A stretch of DNA of 63,737 nucleotides, the filler included, from Reticulomyxa filosa (taxonomy: Eukaryota > Protista > Foraminifera): assembly GCA_000512085.1 (NCBI GenBank). It is 19 parts of 19 records of this genome, joined end to end, with 100 filler letters (N's around TTAATTAATTAA, not from the genome) between each part and the next. Parts side by side here need not be neighbours in the genome. Positions count along the whole stretch, not along the records: positions 53,881 to 61,397 come from ASPP01024907.1; positions 61,498 to 62,574 come from ASPP01027223.1; positions 62,675 to 63,737 come from ASPP01013883.1; 16 more parts are not named here. One strand, given 5' to 3'. Position 1 is the first letter of the stretch, and each line of letters opens with the position of its first letter. The position numbers and the translations under genes were made by a program. Positions 53,910 to 63,737 of the stretch are shown one piece after another. The notes beneath the pieces were generated by a model that did no database searches, was not told the origin of the DNA, and saw nothing but the letters and a program-made list of their open reading frames with translations.

Positions 53910-54938
53910 CCCCAAGTATTCTCCAATGATATCTTCAAATTCTTCAATCCATCCAAATCTCCTCAATTTGTACGTACGCGTCCAACGTTTAACAACCATT
54001 TCAATGTCCTTTCGAGTTGACTTGCAACACAATAACACAACAATAAAAACACGCCTTTTTTTTTCTGAGGCTCCAGATCAAAAAAGGAGCACGTAGAGGA
54101 AAGGGAAAAAAAAAAGAAGAAACCAATGTGTCGATCCCAGAGGCAATAGCAGCAAAGTGATTTACCGCAAGGTCAATATTGGTCTTATCAAATCTGCTTG
54201 TTTCATAAAAAGCCATGCGATACTTTTGTGCAAGTATCATTCCCTGTTGCACAGATACAACACGTCCTTCTGGGTTCAGATCATTTTTGTTTCCACACAA
54301 CAAAAAGGGAAATTTTTCTGGATGTTCTGGAACCAAGATCTCCAAAATATCATTGTGAAGTGTTTCCATTTCATTAAACGACTTTAAATCTGCTATGTCG
54401 TACACCAATATGCAAGCATCTATTCATCATCCATAGCAGTAATAATAATTATGTACATATATATATGTATATGTTATTATTATTATTGTGATAAATAAGG
54501 TCAATTTTGGATATACGTAGCTACATGCATTCAATATGTGTATTGGTCCTTTTTTTTTAACTTGGAAAACCGTAAAGAGACAATTGTTCAAATCTATCTT
54601 TTCGACGTAAAAATTGAAACTTTTTTGTTTCATACAGTTTATGCTGAATGTGCGATATTATATATTATTATTGACTACAAAAAAAAAAAAATAATAAGCA
54701 CTTAATGATACATTCAAACGAATAGTTACATCGTTTATGGACACTTGTTTTTTGACATTCTGATGAAACATTGAATTTTCAGAACTTGTGTATGTCCCTA
54801 TCAGGGCTCTTTTTCCTACACTTCAAACCCAGAGTACAATCTCGATTATGGGACAACATTGCACACAATAATACAAAAAACTTGCTTTGCAGGCCCTGCT
54901 ACTAACACTGACAATGAGCGATTTTTTTGGGTAAGCAT
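53910..54938 (-). CDS. Degenerate Rab7-like small GTPase (probable pseudo-GTPase) with C-terminal extension (3'-truncated)
   Basis: Spliced: MLTQKNRSLSVLVAGPAN|VGKRALI...KQVSINDVTIRLN|...KDRFEQLS...|NACILVYDI...PEKFPFLLCGNKNDL...FYETSRF...|STRKDIEMVVKRWTRTYKLRRFGWIEEFEDIIGEYLG. Confidence 0.78.
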
Positions 54939-57900
54939 TATGCTGTAAGAAATTTTTTTATCACACAATTGTCTAGAAAGCAGAAACCCTTTCTCACGAC
55001 AACAACTTCTTTAAGCGGCAGTGCTTATACAACAAAAAATCTGTTAGGCATTCTTTCAACATTGTTAAAACGATATAAATTTTAATGAGTTTTTTCAAAG
55101 AGCTTTTTAATCGAAAGTTATGCATTGCATTTTTGTTTCAGAAGAAAGAAATGAAAATTAGTAAAGTTCAAATCCTTTTTTCTTATTTTAAATCTTTTTT
55201 ACAATAACATTAAAAATCAGTGGGGTTCTTTCGGAAAAATATATTTTCAAAGTCCTTTTTTTTAAGTTTAAGTATTCTCTCTTTTAACCTACTTGTGTGG
55301 ACTGAATATTCACACGGATACAAAGTAAAAAGGATATTCTTGAAAATATTGTAATGAATCTTTCAAATTTTATTTTTTTCTTGTTGGACTGTACAAAAAA
55401 CAAATTAACCCGGTTATACTCAAATTTGGATGCTATTAAGTCCAAAATGTATCAATTAATTTTTCCTTTTAGCATTTATTATATCACTTGTAGTTGATAA
55501 GGAGGAAAAGAAAGATATTAACACAATTTTCTTCCTTTTTGTTGATATTTTACTTTATATAAGTCTCAAAAATTGCGTGATTAACAAAAACCAACCAAAT
55601 TAAAGAGAAGGGATCAGATAAATGGTAAAAAGTAAAAGGTGGTACAAAAGAGTAAAACTATACCCTTTCATCCTTTCTCTTTGTAACATTGCTAATGTCC
55701 TATCAAATATAAGAAGATTGGATATGTTGATTAAAATCTTTGAGAATGGAATACATTGCAAACAAGGTACTGAGGATACACAACTACAAAAAGATTGCTA
55801 TAAGCTCGAGTGCCATGACAGATGTGCAAAAAAGTTTTACCAATCACCAATGGCAATAAATAAGTGTCAATGAATTTGTCTTGGCTACCAACAATAATAT
55901 TTAAACTCACTTTCGTATTAGACAAACATAAATTAAAACACAAAAAAGTTGATTAACAATTATGTCACTTTTAAAGATTATCAAAAAGATTGACCAAAAA
56001 GAAAAAATGTGCAAAATGCACAAAAAAAAAAGTTGTTGTGATAAACAATACAAAATAGACATTTAACGTTTCCTATAGTTACAGTAAAATCGATTCTAGA
56101 TTTGTATAGAATTGACCGTGTGTTGATGTGATTGACATTCTCTCAATTGGTACCATTCAATTTTTGAAAAGAGGTCAAATGAATAATTGCAACATAAATA
56201 TTGTGAATTCGAATTTCTAATAAATCCAGCATATGGAAAAACTATGTTCAATTATCAAGACTAAACAGGCACCAATTCATATTAATTCAAATCTTTTCTT
56301 TTTTAGACAATTATGCATTTACTAATTTTTTCAATTACAAAGTTGAAAATCGATTTTAAAAATAAATTTCGTCAACAAAACTGATACGTTTTCAAAAGCA
56401 ATTTTATTATAAAAAGTGTGTTGCATGTTACGATGTTGCAGGGTATAATTAAATTTAAAAGTTATATTTATGAAGAGAAAATACGCCCAATTGTTGTCTA
56501 AGTCAAGGGCATCTTATTCATATAAATATTTTTTTTTTTTAATAATAATGATTATTTTCAAATAGAAAAAAATGAATTTTCTGTACCCTATTTATATAAC
56601 ATGAACAACACTTCTTTTAACGAAATTAAAAAAAATTTAAATAATAATGACATAATAAAATCATTTGATTGTTAGACGAACAAAAACGATCAAGTCATAA
56701 TTCTTTGCTAACAGTAAAATTGTTAGTACAACACACTTGTATGTCAGTGTATCATTGCAAGGCGTTCAACAGATTGTTTTTTCAAAATATGTACGATAAG
56801 TCTCAAACACATGAAATTCAATACTCGTCTGTTTTGTGGGAACTGTCTACAAAAAATCAGTTAAAAAATTCTTACTTATCACTAGTTATTTGTTATAATA
56901 CAACTAACGGTATTGGTGAACCGGAATGAAGTGGAGTGCAGTACGCCGACGCAAATGAGTATGTACATAGTTCAGATCCATGCCCCTACGTTATTTTTTT
57001 TTATCAAAAATCATTGCGAATTATGCTGCCATTAAAAAGCTACACAATTTGTTTTGAATTTTTAATTTTGGTATTTGACTCAAATTTTTTTTCAAAAAAA
57101 GGGGGCAACACAAACTCTACCACAGTCACAACTATCACCAACATCCATACAATCTACCGCTAACAAGGTGGTGATGTTGGTGATATAAAAAAACTTTTAA
57201 AAAACTCTTTTCAAGTCAATTAGTTTAATTTTGATGAAAGAGTTAACAAAAAAGCCATTTTAATAATAAAATAAAAATACAGATTAACAAACAATCGCTT
57301 TATTTCATTCTTTGCACAAGTTGAGTTCTTTGGTTACAGATCCGTATTGTCATTTTGTTGATCATTACATTTCTCAATTCATCTGTATACGTTCCAAAAA
57401 TTATACGTAATCTTGCAAATTCACATTATCTGTCACCTTTTTTACTTGTTTGATCACGTCGTGCTTGTTGTGTTCTCCTATTCTTTTCTGGTTTCCAAAT
57501 TTTTTTCCATGATTCACAATTTGCAGGCAGTTTTGATCAATCTGTTACTTCCTCCAGTACTTCAAGTCTGAAGTTTCCAGTTTGTGTTTTATTATAATCG
57601 CTTGCATTACACCACGTTTTTTTGCTAACTTCTTCTCTGTCAGCTTGAGTATTAATGAAGATCTACATGCCCAAGGAAAGGTTCAAAACATTAAATATGA
57701 AATTTCAATAAGAAGACAAACGTGGACTTCAATTTTAAGTTAAAAAGAAAAATTTCAAGCTAACTGTTGATTTTTTAAAATTTGTTAATATAAAATTTCC
57801 AGCTATTTCAACAAAATTCAGCAAAACATATGATGAAATGGCACTTTGCGGTTTTTGATTGCTTCGTAAAAATAATTGAAACTATTGGTATTTGTTCTAA

Positions 57901-58113
57901 AATCATCCTGACTATCTCCTGGAGAATGGGAAGTTGTCCACTCATTCCATTTTTGAAGAAGCAAAAAATCCTGTCAAAGTTTATTTGATCAATCAAACGA
58001 AAATTAATTTTCTCCAATAATAGTAGGTTGATCAGATATGGTACGTTTTTTTGTTCTATCAGTTTTTCAAAGTTCTGTCGTAAACGTATCAGGGGCTAAC
58101 ATAATAAATAAGA

Positions 58114-58713
58114 ATGATCTCATATTTATCCTTTCCATTTTCTTTTCGACCTATTGTTGCTTCCTTCAATCGTTCAACGCAAGGGCTCTTGTCTAATATT
58201 AAACCCGTCAAGACTACGTTGTTTGGACTGAGTTGTGGATACGCCGTTCACCAGTGGAAAGCACACAAATCGGTTCAAGTTCGTGCAGAAGGCGATACTC
58301 CAGAATCAAAGACACACTCTTCTATACCTAAAGAGGAATGGAAACTTGTAGCAAAAGAAATTAATATAATGGGCCAAAACATGAAACAAGCGTTAGCTTG
58401 GGAATGGTACGATTACTTAATATTTTATGGGATTACTGCTTTCACATTGGGAGTGGCGGCGTTGTTTCTACCATTATGGAAGTACCATTTTTACAAAAAG
58501 CACGTTAGTGATTTGAAAATTGGACACCTGCGATGCAGATTGAAAGGAGATTATTGGGATTTTTTGTTTGAAGTGTTCTTGTATAGTTTTGCTTTAAACA
58601 CATTAACATTTGGCATATATTCACTGCTTGGTTTCTCCAGCCGTCTTGAAAGTCATTGGTTAGACAACAATGTGGAGTGGTTTGTTGACAGTGAGGACTT
58701 TGAAAAAATTTGA
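58114..58713 (+). CDS. DUF898/YjgN-like (bacterial-type) membrane protein with putative mitochondrial presequence; intronless
   Basis: Internal duplication TAFTLGVAALF / LNTLTFGIYSL, linker KHVSDLKIGHLRCRLKG and terminal WLDNNVEW; first ~58 aa basic/hydroxylated with no acidic residues. Confidence 0.7.
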   Translation: MISYLSFPFSFRPIVASFNRSTQGLLSNIKPVKTTLFGLSCGYAVHQWKAHKSVQVRAEGDTPESKTHSSIPKEEWKLVAKEINIMGQNMKQALAWEWYDYLIFYGITAFTLGVAALFLPLWKYHFYKKHVSDLKIGHLRCRLKGDYWDFLFEVFLYSFALNTLTFGIYSLLGFSSRLESHWLDNNVEWFVDSEDFEKI

Positions 58714-59276
58714 ATACGTTTTCTTACCTTCATTTGTGATATCAAAAAAATTTTATCTTGATCGTTCGACACAAATCTTTAAGAAAATTCCAAAACTCTG
58801 TTTCTGGACGTTTAAAAAATCATTTTTCCTTTGTTGGTATATTGATTTATCACTTTGTTAGCCTGTTCCAAAGAAATTTCAGACCAAAGTTTATCAAATG
58901 CTAGTTTTTGTTGTTAAAAAAAGATAATAGTCCAAAATTTGAGCAAGTAGTTTGTGAAAAATATGTCTACTGTTTTCAAGATTGAGAACAACGAATAAGT
59001 AAAACAAGTGAAAACGTTAGGAGGTTATTTTGGGAAAAGCACTAGAGAAAATAAGAAATAATGGGAGAAATACGAAGTGTTGACAGACATGACCAAAGAA
59101 AAAACCGCTTTCTTCAGTAAACGAATATTGCCAAATTTTTCAATCGAATTAATTTTGGGCTTTCGAAATTGTCTTGTCCATAATCTCAACAAACGATCGG
59201 TCCCTAAGTGCAACAATGCAAAAGTCAAAATAATAATAACTGGAAAGGGGGATTAATTCAACGAACGGGGATCAAT

Positions 59277-61397
59277 TTAGTCCCATTCATTTTGCTCTGC
59301 CAATGTAATAGCGTCATCTTGATCGTTAACTCTCGTAGTAACAGTCGTGTCAACAAAGGTCATATCGGAGGTCAAGCTTTGATTGTCATCTGGTGCATCT
59401 CTTGCAGAGACCGAGGGTGGAGGTGCTCCTAGGCCCTCTCGCCAGCTGGAGCTCATAAATTTGTTTTTAATATCCAATAGATCTTCCACAGTTTCAATTT
59501 GAGAAATGGGATCAGCTTCCACATTTGCGTTATTTAAATTTGCACTGAAAGGATCAATAGACAAAGTGAGCGAATTAATCAGATCTAATCCCAAATAGCC
59601 ATCACTCATCAAATACACGTCATAACACACGCTTAAATTTTGATTGGAAGAATCTTTTCCAATTTGTGAGGTACTCGATGGAGTTTTCACTGTAATTTTG
59701 GTGGTTTTCCATTGTTCGCTGATGCGTATACGTTTGAGTGCTAACAGCTCGTTACTTCCATGCAAAGTGACAACAATGAACCAGCCCTCCATTTTGGGTT
59801 TGAACCAGCGAGGGGAATAAACACGCAAAGGATCTCCAGAAAAGCGACGTGCCTTAACAAGCAATGTGAACTCTTCATCCAATCCAGCCTGAAACTTGGA
59901 CGCAGTGAGTTGCATTGCAATCCTGGGGTATCTTGTTTTCAGTGTGTTAATGGTTTCATTGACCACTTGGTTGGAAACAGCACCATCGGAGCCATTGCAG
60001 GAAAGCATTACGGATCGAATCTCGTCCGGTGGTAATGACATCAACTCTGGGAGCGACTCGATGTGCATATCCCAAAATTTCAAAATCATTTCTTCCGTTA
60101 ATCCAGGGACATTTAATAAAGTGCTGTCATCCAGCCATCGGCCTTGAGTTACCATTTGCAACAAATGAATAAGCTAATCCAAAAAAAAAAAACAACTAAA
60201 CAAGTAAGCAAGCACAACGAACAAAAATATGAAAACATACTTTGACAACACAGTTCAGCCATCCATGATGAACAACGAAATCAATCATTGCTTGAATGAT
60301 ACGAATGGCCTGATCTAACACTGATTGTGTGTCGGTGACATAATCACTAATTGGCAATTGTAAGCGTGAAAAATGTGCTTGGAACAATAAATTGGCTTTT
60401 GTCGACGGCTCGTCCATGGCCAGGTCGTCGACTGGCCACGGCACTTGTTCCGCCAACAAAAGGTTCAGTTTTTCTTCGTTGTGACGAACCGGTAATTCTT
60501 CGTACTCTTTTGTGGCACATAGCACTCGCAGCAAATCGTTATACGTGTTTTCCGCAAGTAGACTATTGTGGAACAAGCCCATCGTAGTGTGATGCAAATA
60601 GTAATAACTGGCAATTTCTCCACTGAACGAAGGCTCAAACAAATTCTGTTTGTCATCCAAGAACTCAATACATTTGCTGTCGTGCAAATTCCACAATGTG
60701 GTTCTCACCAAATCTTTTAAGTACTTGTTGATTGTTCCCGCCTCCGCATTTTCTTTTTTCCCCCCACCCCCGATATTGTATTATAAACAAACAAACGCAT
60801 AAATTACACCAAATTGTAATAAAAGAAAGAAAAACACATATTATAGTTGTCATCAATGCGACAAAATACCTAATTGATAATAAGTTGGGTTTTTGATGAG
60901 TCGACGGAACAAAAAAGTGCGTGTCAGGTAGTCAACACACTCTGGAACGGACTTTAACGTTTTCACGGCAATTTCAGCGTTGATGTGATCGTGAATGCTT
61001 TCATGCAGACACGATTCCACTGGAAACGAGTGGTATAAAAACTTTTTATAAAAGTTTTTCTTGGGTTGATGGACCAGCACGACGGCGATGGCTTCGTCAT
61101 CAAATTGCGGACGACCAGCACGTCCAATCATTTGCAAGATATCCGTCACAGGCAGCTGCACGTAGCGTTTCGTTTTGGCGTCGTAATACTCGGTGCCTTT
61201 GATCACCACCAAATGGGCGGGGAGGTTGACCCCCCACGCCAACGTGGACGTGGCCACCAGTACCTGAATCATGTTTTGGAGGAACAAGTCTTCCACGATT
61301 TTGCGGTCCGAGGGATGTAAACCAGCGTGGTGAAGACCAATTCCAAATGCTAGCGTATGTTTCAAGTTGTGATCACGAACATCTTTTAGGATCAAAT
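59277..61397 (-). CDS. ASCC3: Ski2-like helicase ASCC3/Slh1: second helicase cassette and Sec63 domain (5'-truncated)
   Basis: TLAFGIGLHHAGL, QVLVATSTLAWGVNLPAHLVVIKGTEYYD, TDILQMIGRAGRPQFD, KKNFYKKFLY, ELPVRHNEE, LPISDYVTDTQSVLDQAIRIIQAMID, YLMSDGYLGLD. Confidence 0.95.
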
Positions 61398-62782
61398 NNN
61401 NNNNNNNNNNNNNNNNNNNNNNNNNNNNNNNNNNNNNNNNNTTAATTAATTAANNNNNNNNNNNNNNNNNNNNNNNNNNNNNNNNNNNNNNNNNNNNTCA
61501 CTTTAAATATTTTGCTTGTTTGTATGTATGTGTAAGTTGGTATTGTCACGAGTGCAAATGATTCAAGTACTGAATCACTTGTATGACACCTCCACCTGAA
61601 ATAAACCATGTTGAGATGTTGGCTAATAGCAATAGCGAAAGTAAGATTGCAGCGCTGATGCCTTTGACGTCAAGGTGGTAGAAGAGATAAGATGGGACAA
61701 TCAGCATAAATACTCACCTTACAAATCAATGGAATGATGGTAGCTGGCTATGAGGCCTTGGAGATAAATAGTATAAGTGCAATGAAGACTGAAAATGACA
61801 ATGACAATGACAATGGTAATGAAAATGAAAGTAAAGAATAAGAAAGAAAACGATGAGAAAAGGCAGAGCCAAACGAATAATGGACCTCGTGATGATGTCG
61901 ATGGACAGTACGAAAATGCTGACAACAACAATAAAAATAGCAAACACAAAAAGGTTGAAAAAAGGGAATTGGACTCAATCAAAATGGGCAGTAACGTCAT
62001 ATCCCAATTCCAAACACAAAAAAAACATGACATGCGAAGATCTCGCAAATACTTGGCATACAATAGCACCATCCATGACGCTCGTAACTCTTTTTCAAAA
62101 AATTATCCTTCTATCCAAAAAAATTTTAAAAGAAAACGAGACTGCCAACAATATATGGGAGAACTGGACACTCATTCATGCGGGTTTTTTTGATCACGAT
62201 GGCACCTATGACTTTGAGTTTAGCAGTGAGTCCAATGAACATCACTGTAAAGAGTGGACTGATGGCCAACGAAAAATGTCCATTGACAAGAGAAATTCCA
62301 ATATCCATGGATTCCTCCCCCTCCAATAAAAAATACCCAATAGATCTGCTTCCACTCTTGCCACACAGTCTTATCCTTCAGAGTTTTTTCTCTTCCATTA
62401 TCATTGTCCTTTGCAAGGTAACATGACAGAGCTGATACGGATCAACAATAACTACTTTTTAAAATTTTCTTTTTTTGTTAACTAATGTCAGCTTCTTTTT
62501 TTGCTATTCTTCGTGATTGAGACACTGTTATCTTCGTTGGTTTTTTTTTCGAGAAATCAAGTGCGATCTCCTTGNNNNNNNNNNNNNNNNNNNNNNNNNN
62601 NNNNNNNNNNNNNNNNNNTTAATTAATTAANNNNNNNNNNNNNNNNNNNNNNNNNNNNNNNNNNNNNNNNNNNNTACAAATCTTGTAGTTTTTAAATATG
62701 AAATTTGTAGATATTTTTAAAAAAAAATTAGGTCTAAATGTTGATTTTTCATTGAGAAAATCAATTATCATCATAGGATATC

Positions 62783-62818
62783 GTTTTAGGCGTTCAGTTT
62801 TCTTTGCAACTTACTGTA
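62783..62818 (+). repeat. Dispersed repeat, copy of 21416-21451
   Basis: 35 of 36 identical. Confidence 0.85.
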
Positions 62819-63493
62819 CAAATATTGAAAGTGATAGTCATGTTGTTTGCTTCAAGAATGTTTTCGTTCTGAAAAGCAAAATACATAGGTTGTGCGTGAT
62901 GTAGATTTTGTTCTAAAATTTGTGACTTCGAATAGAAGCTATTTATATTGTTTTGATAAATTTTAAGATATTTAACGTTTACCCATAGTTTTATACTATA
63001 TATAATATAATATATTGCTCCGATACAATTCTTGACTGTTCTGGTAGTTCCAACGATATATAAATATCGTTTTTAGTGATATTTACACTGATTTGACTAT
63101 ATCACTATCATATAAACTGTTCCTGATCAGTTACAAACTGCTTTGGAAATTTTCTTTACTTTTATACACAAAAATCAAATTTATTGTACAGATGTATGAT
63201 AGAAGCTTTCTGGAACACGGAATGTCCTGATTTCTCAAAGAATACTGAAAGTATATTTTGAGTACTTTTTTAAAAATTGATGGCTGTTTTGATAATGTTT
63301 TTAAGAGAAGAACAATATGTATCAAAAGGAAAATTTACAATAGCCAACAAATGTTTTTGTGTATCTCAAGTATCTGCAATACATCTTGTTCAGTTTCAAT
63401 TTTTTCATCAAAACAAAAACAAAGCAAAATCCAAAAGTTTGGATTTCCTTTCACTCATCAATTACTTTTTTTTAAAGAACTTAAAATCTTTCT

Positions 63494-63707
63494 TTACGTT
63501 TCCGTATCGTAATACATGTCTACATGCTCAAATCTTGGTAAATAACTGTCAACAATTCCACCCAAATCGTTTCCAAACAACTCCTCAAGGACTTTTTCTC
63601 GTATAGGTATTGTTTTGATCAAAAAGTATCGTTGTCTAATCCGATGCAAAACAGGACCACCTCCTACAACCGATGTAACACTACCTGCTTGTCCAGGAGC
63701 GATATGC
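63494..63707 (-). CDS. Terminal exon of an unknown protein
   Basis: After a poly-A-AG acceptor, 71 codons HIAPGQAG...IREKVLEELFGNDLGGIVDSYLPRFEHVDMYYDTET*; absent from the ORF track. Confidence 0.6.
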
Positions 63708-63737
63708 CTTTTTTTTTTAACATAGTCAAAAAAAAAA

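Noticed and set aside
53287-54938. Tandem cluster of two Rab genes
   Set aside because: They are separated by an artificial spacer (53781-53880), so adjacency is unproven
55600-56500. Possible HEAT or WD40 pseudogene
   Set aside because: Too degraded to assign by eye
57280-57700. Possible decayed transposase
   Set aside because: No DDE motif or terminal inverted repeats could be identified
61500-62574. Possible non-LTR retrotransposon remnant
   Set aside because: Only short overlapping ORFs and an (atgaca)n tract; no RT, endonuclease or clear zinc-knuckle motif

Overview
This window is not prokaryotic and not one locus. It is AT-rich, intron-containing eukaryotic DNA made of 19 short contigs joined by 18 identical artificial 100-bp spacers (N44-TTAATTAATTAA-N44), so adjacency across spacers carries no biological meaning. 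The style (homopolymer/microsatellite introns, many decayed gene relics, standard code) suggests a foraminiferan such as Reticulomyxa filosa; this is an inference. Recognisable genes, mostly partial: a Cys-less pentameric ligand-gated ion channel, a three-GAF class I cyclic-nucleotide phosphodiesterase, a C-type lectin/mucin membrane protein, lysyl-tRNA synthetase, a RanBP2/NZF finger protein, an OTU-like membrane protein, a CD225/dispanin, a QCR6 hinge-domain protein, an atypical TRH MAP kinase, IGHMBP2/Hcs1 helicase, NOP56, GH20 hexosaminidase, a 3xSAM-MYND protein, a TMEM184/OST-alpha protein, Rab1, a degenerate Rab-like GTPase, a DUF898/YjgN-like membrane protein and ASCC3. Most notable observations: (1) two copies of a ~225-bp TG...CA solo-LTR-like element with 4-bp target-site duplications, one nested in a foldback palindrome; (2) a Rab-like pseudo-GTPase fused to a putative E3-adaptor motif; (3) a pseudo-OTU membrane protein; (4) introns whose acceptors follow poly-A instead of a polypyrimidine tract, often with self-complementary ends; (5) tandem decayed paralogs carrying micro-inversions; (6) three single-base frameshifts in conserved genes, probably homopolymer sequencing errors. 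All exon models were spliced by eye.
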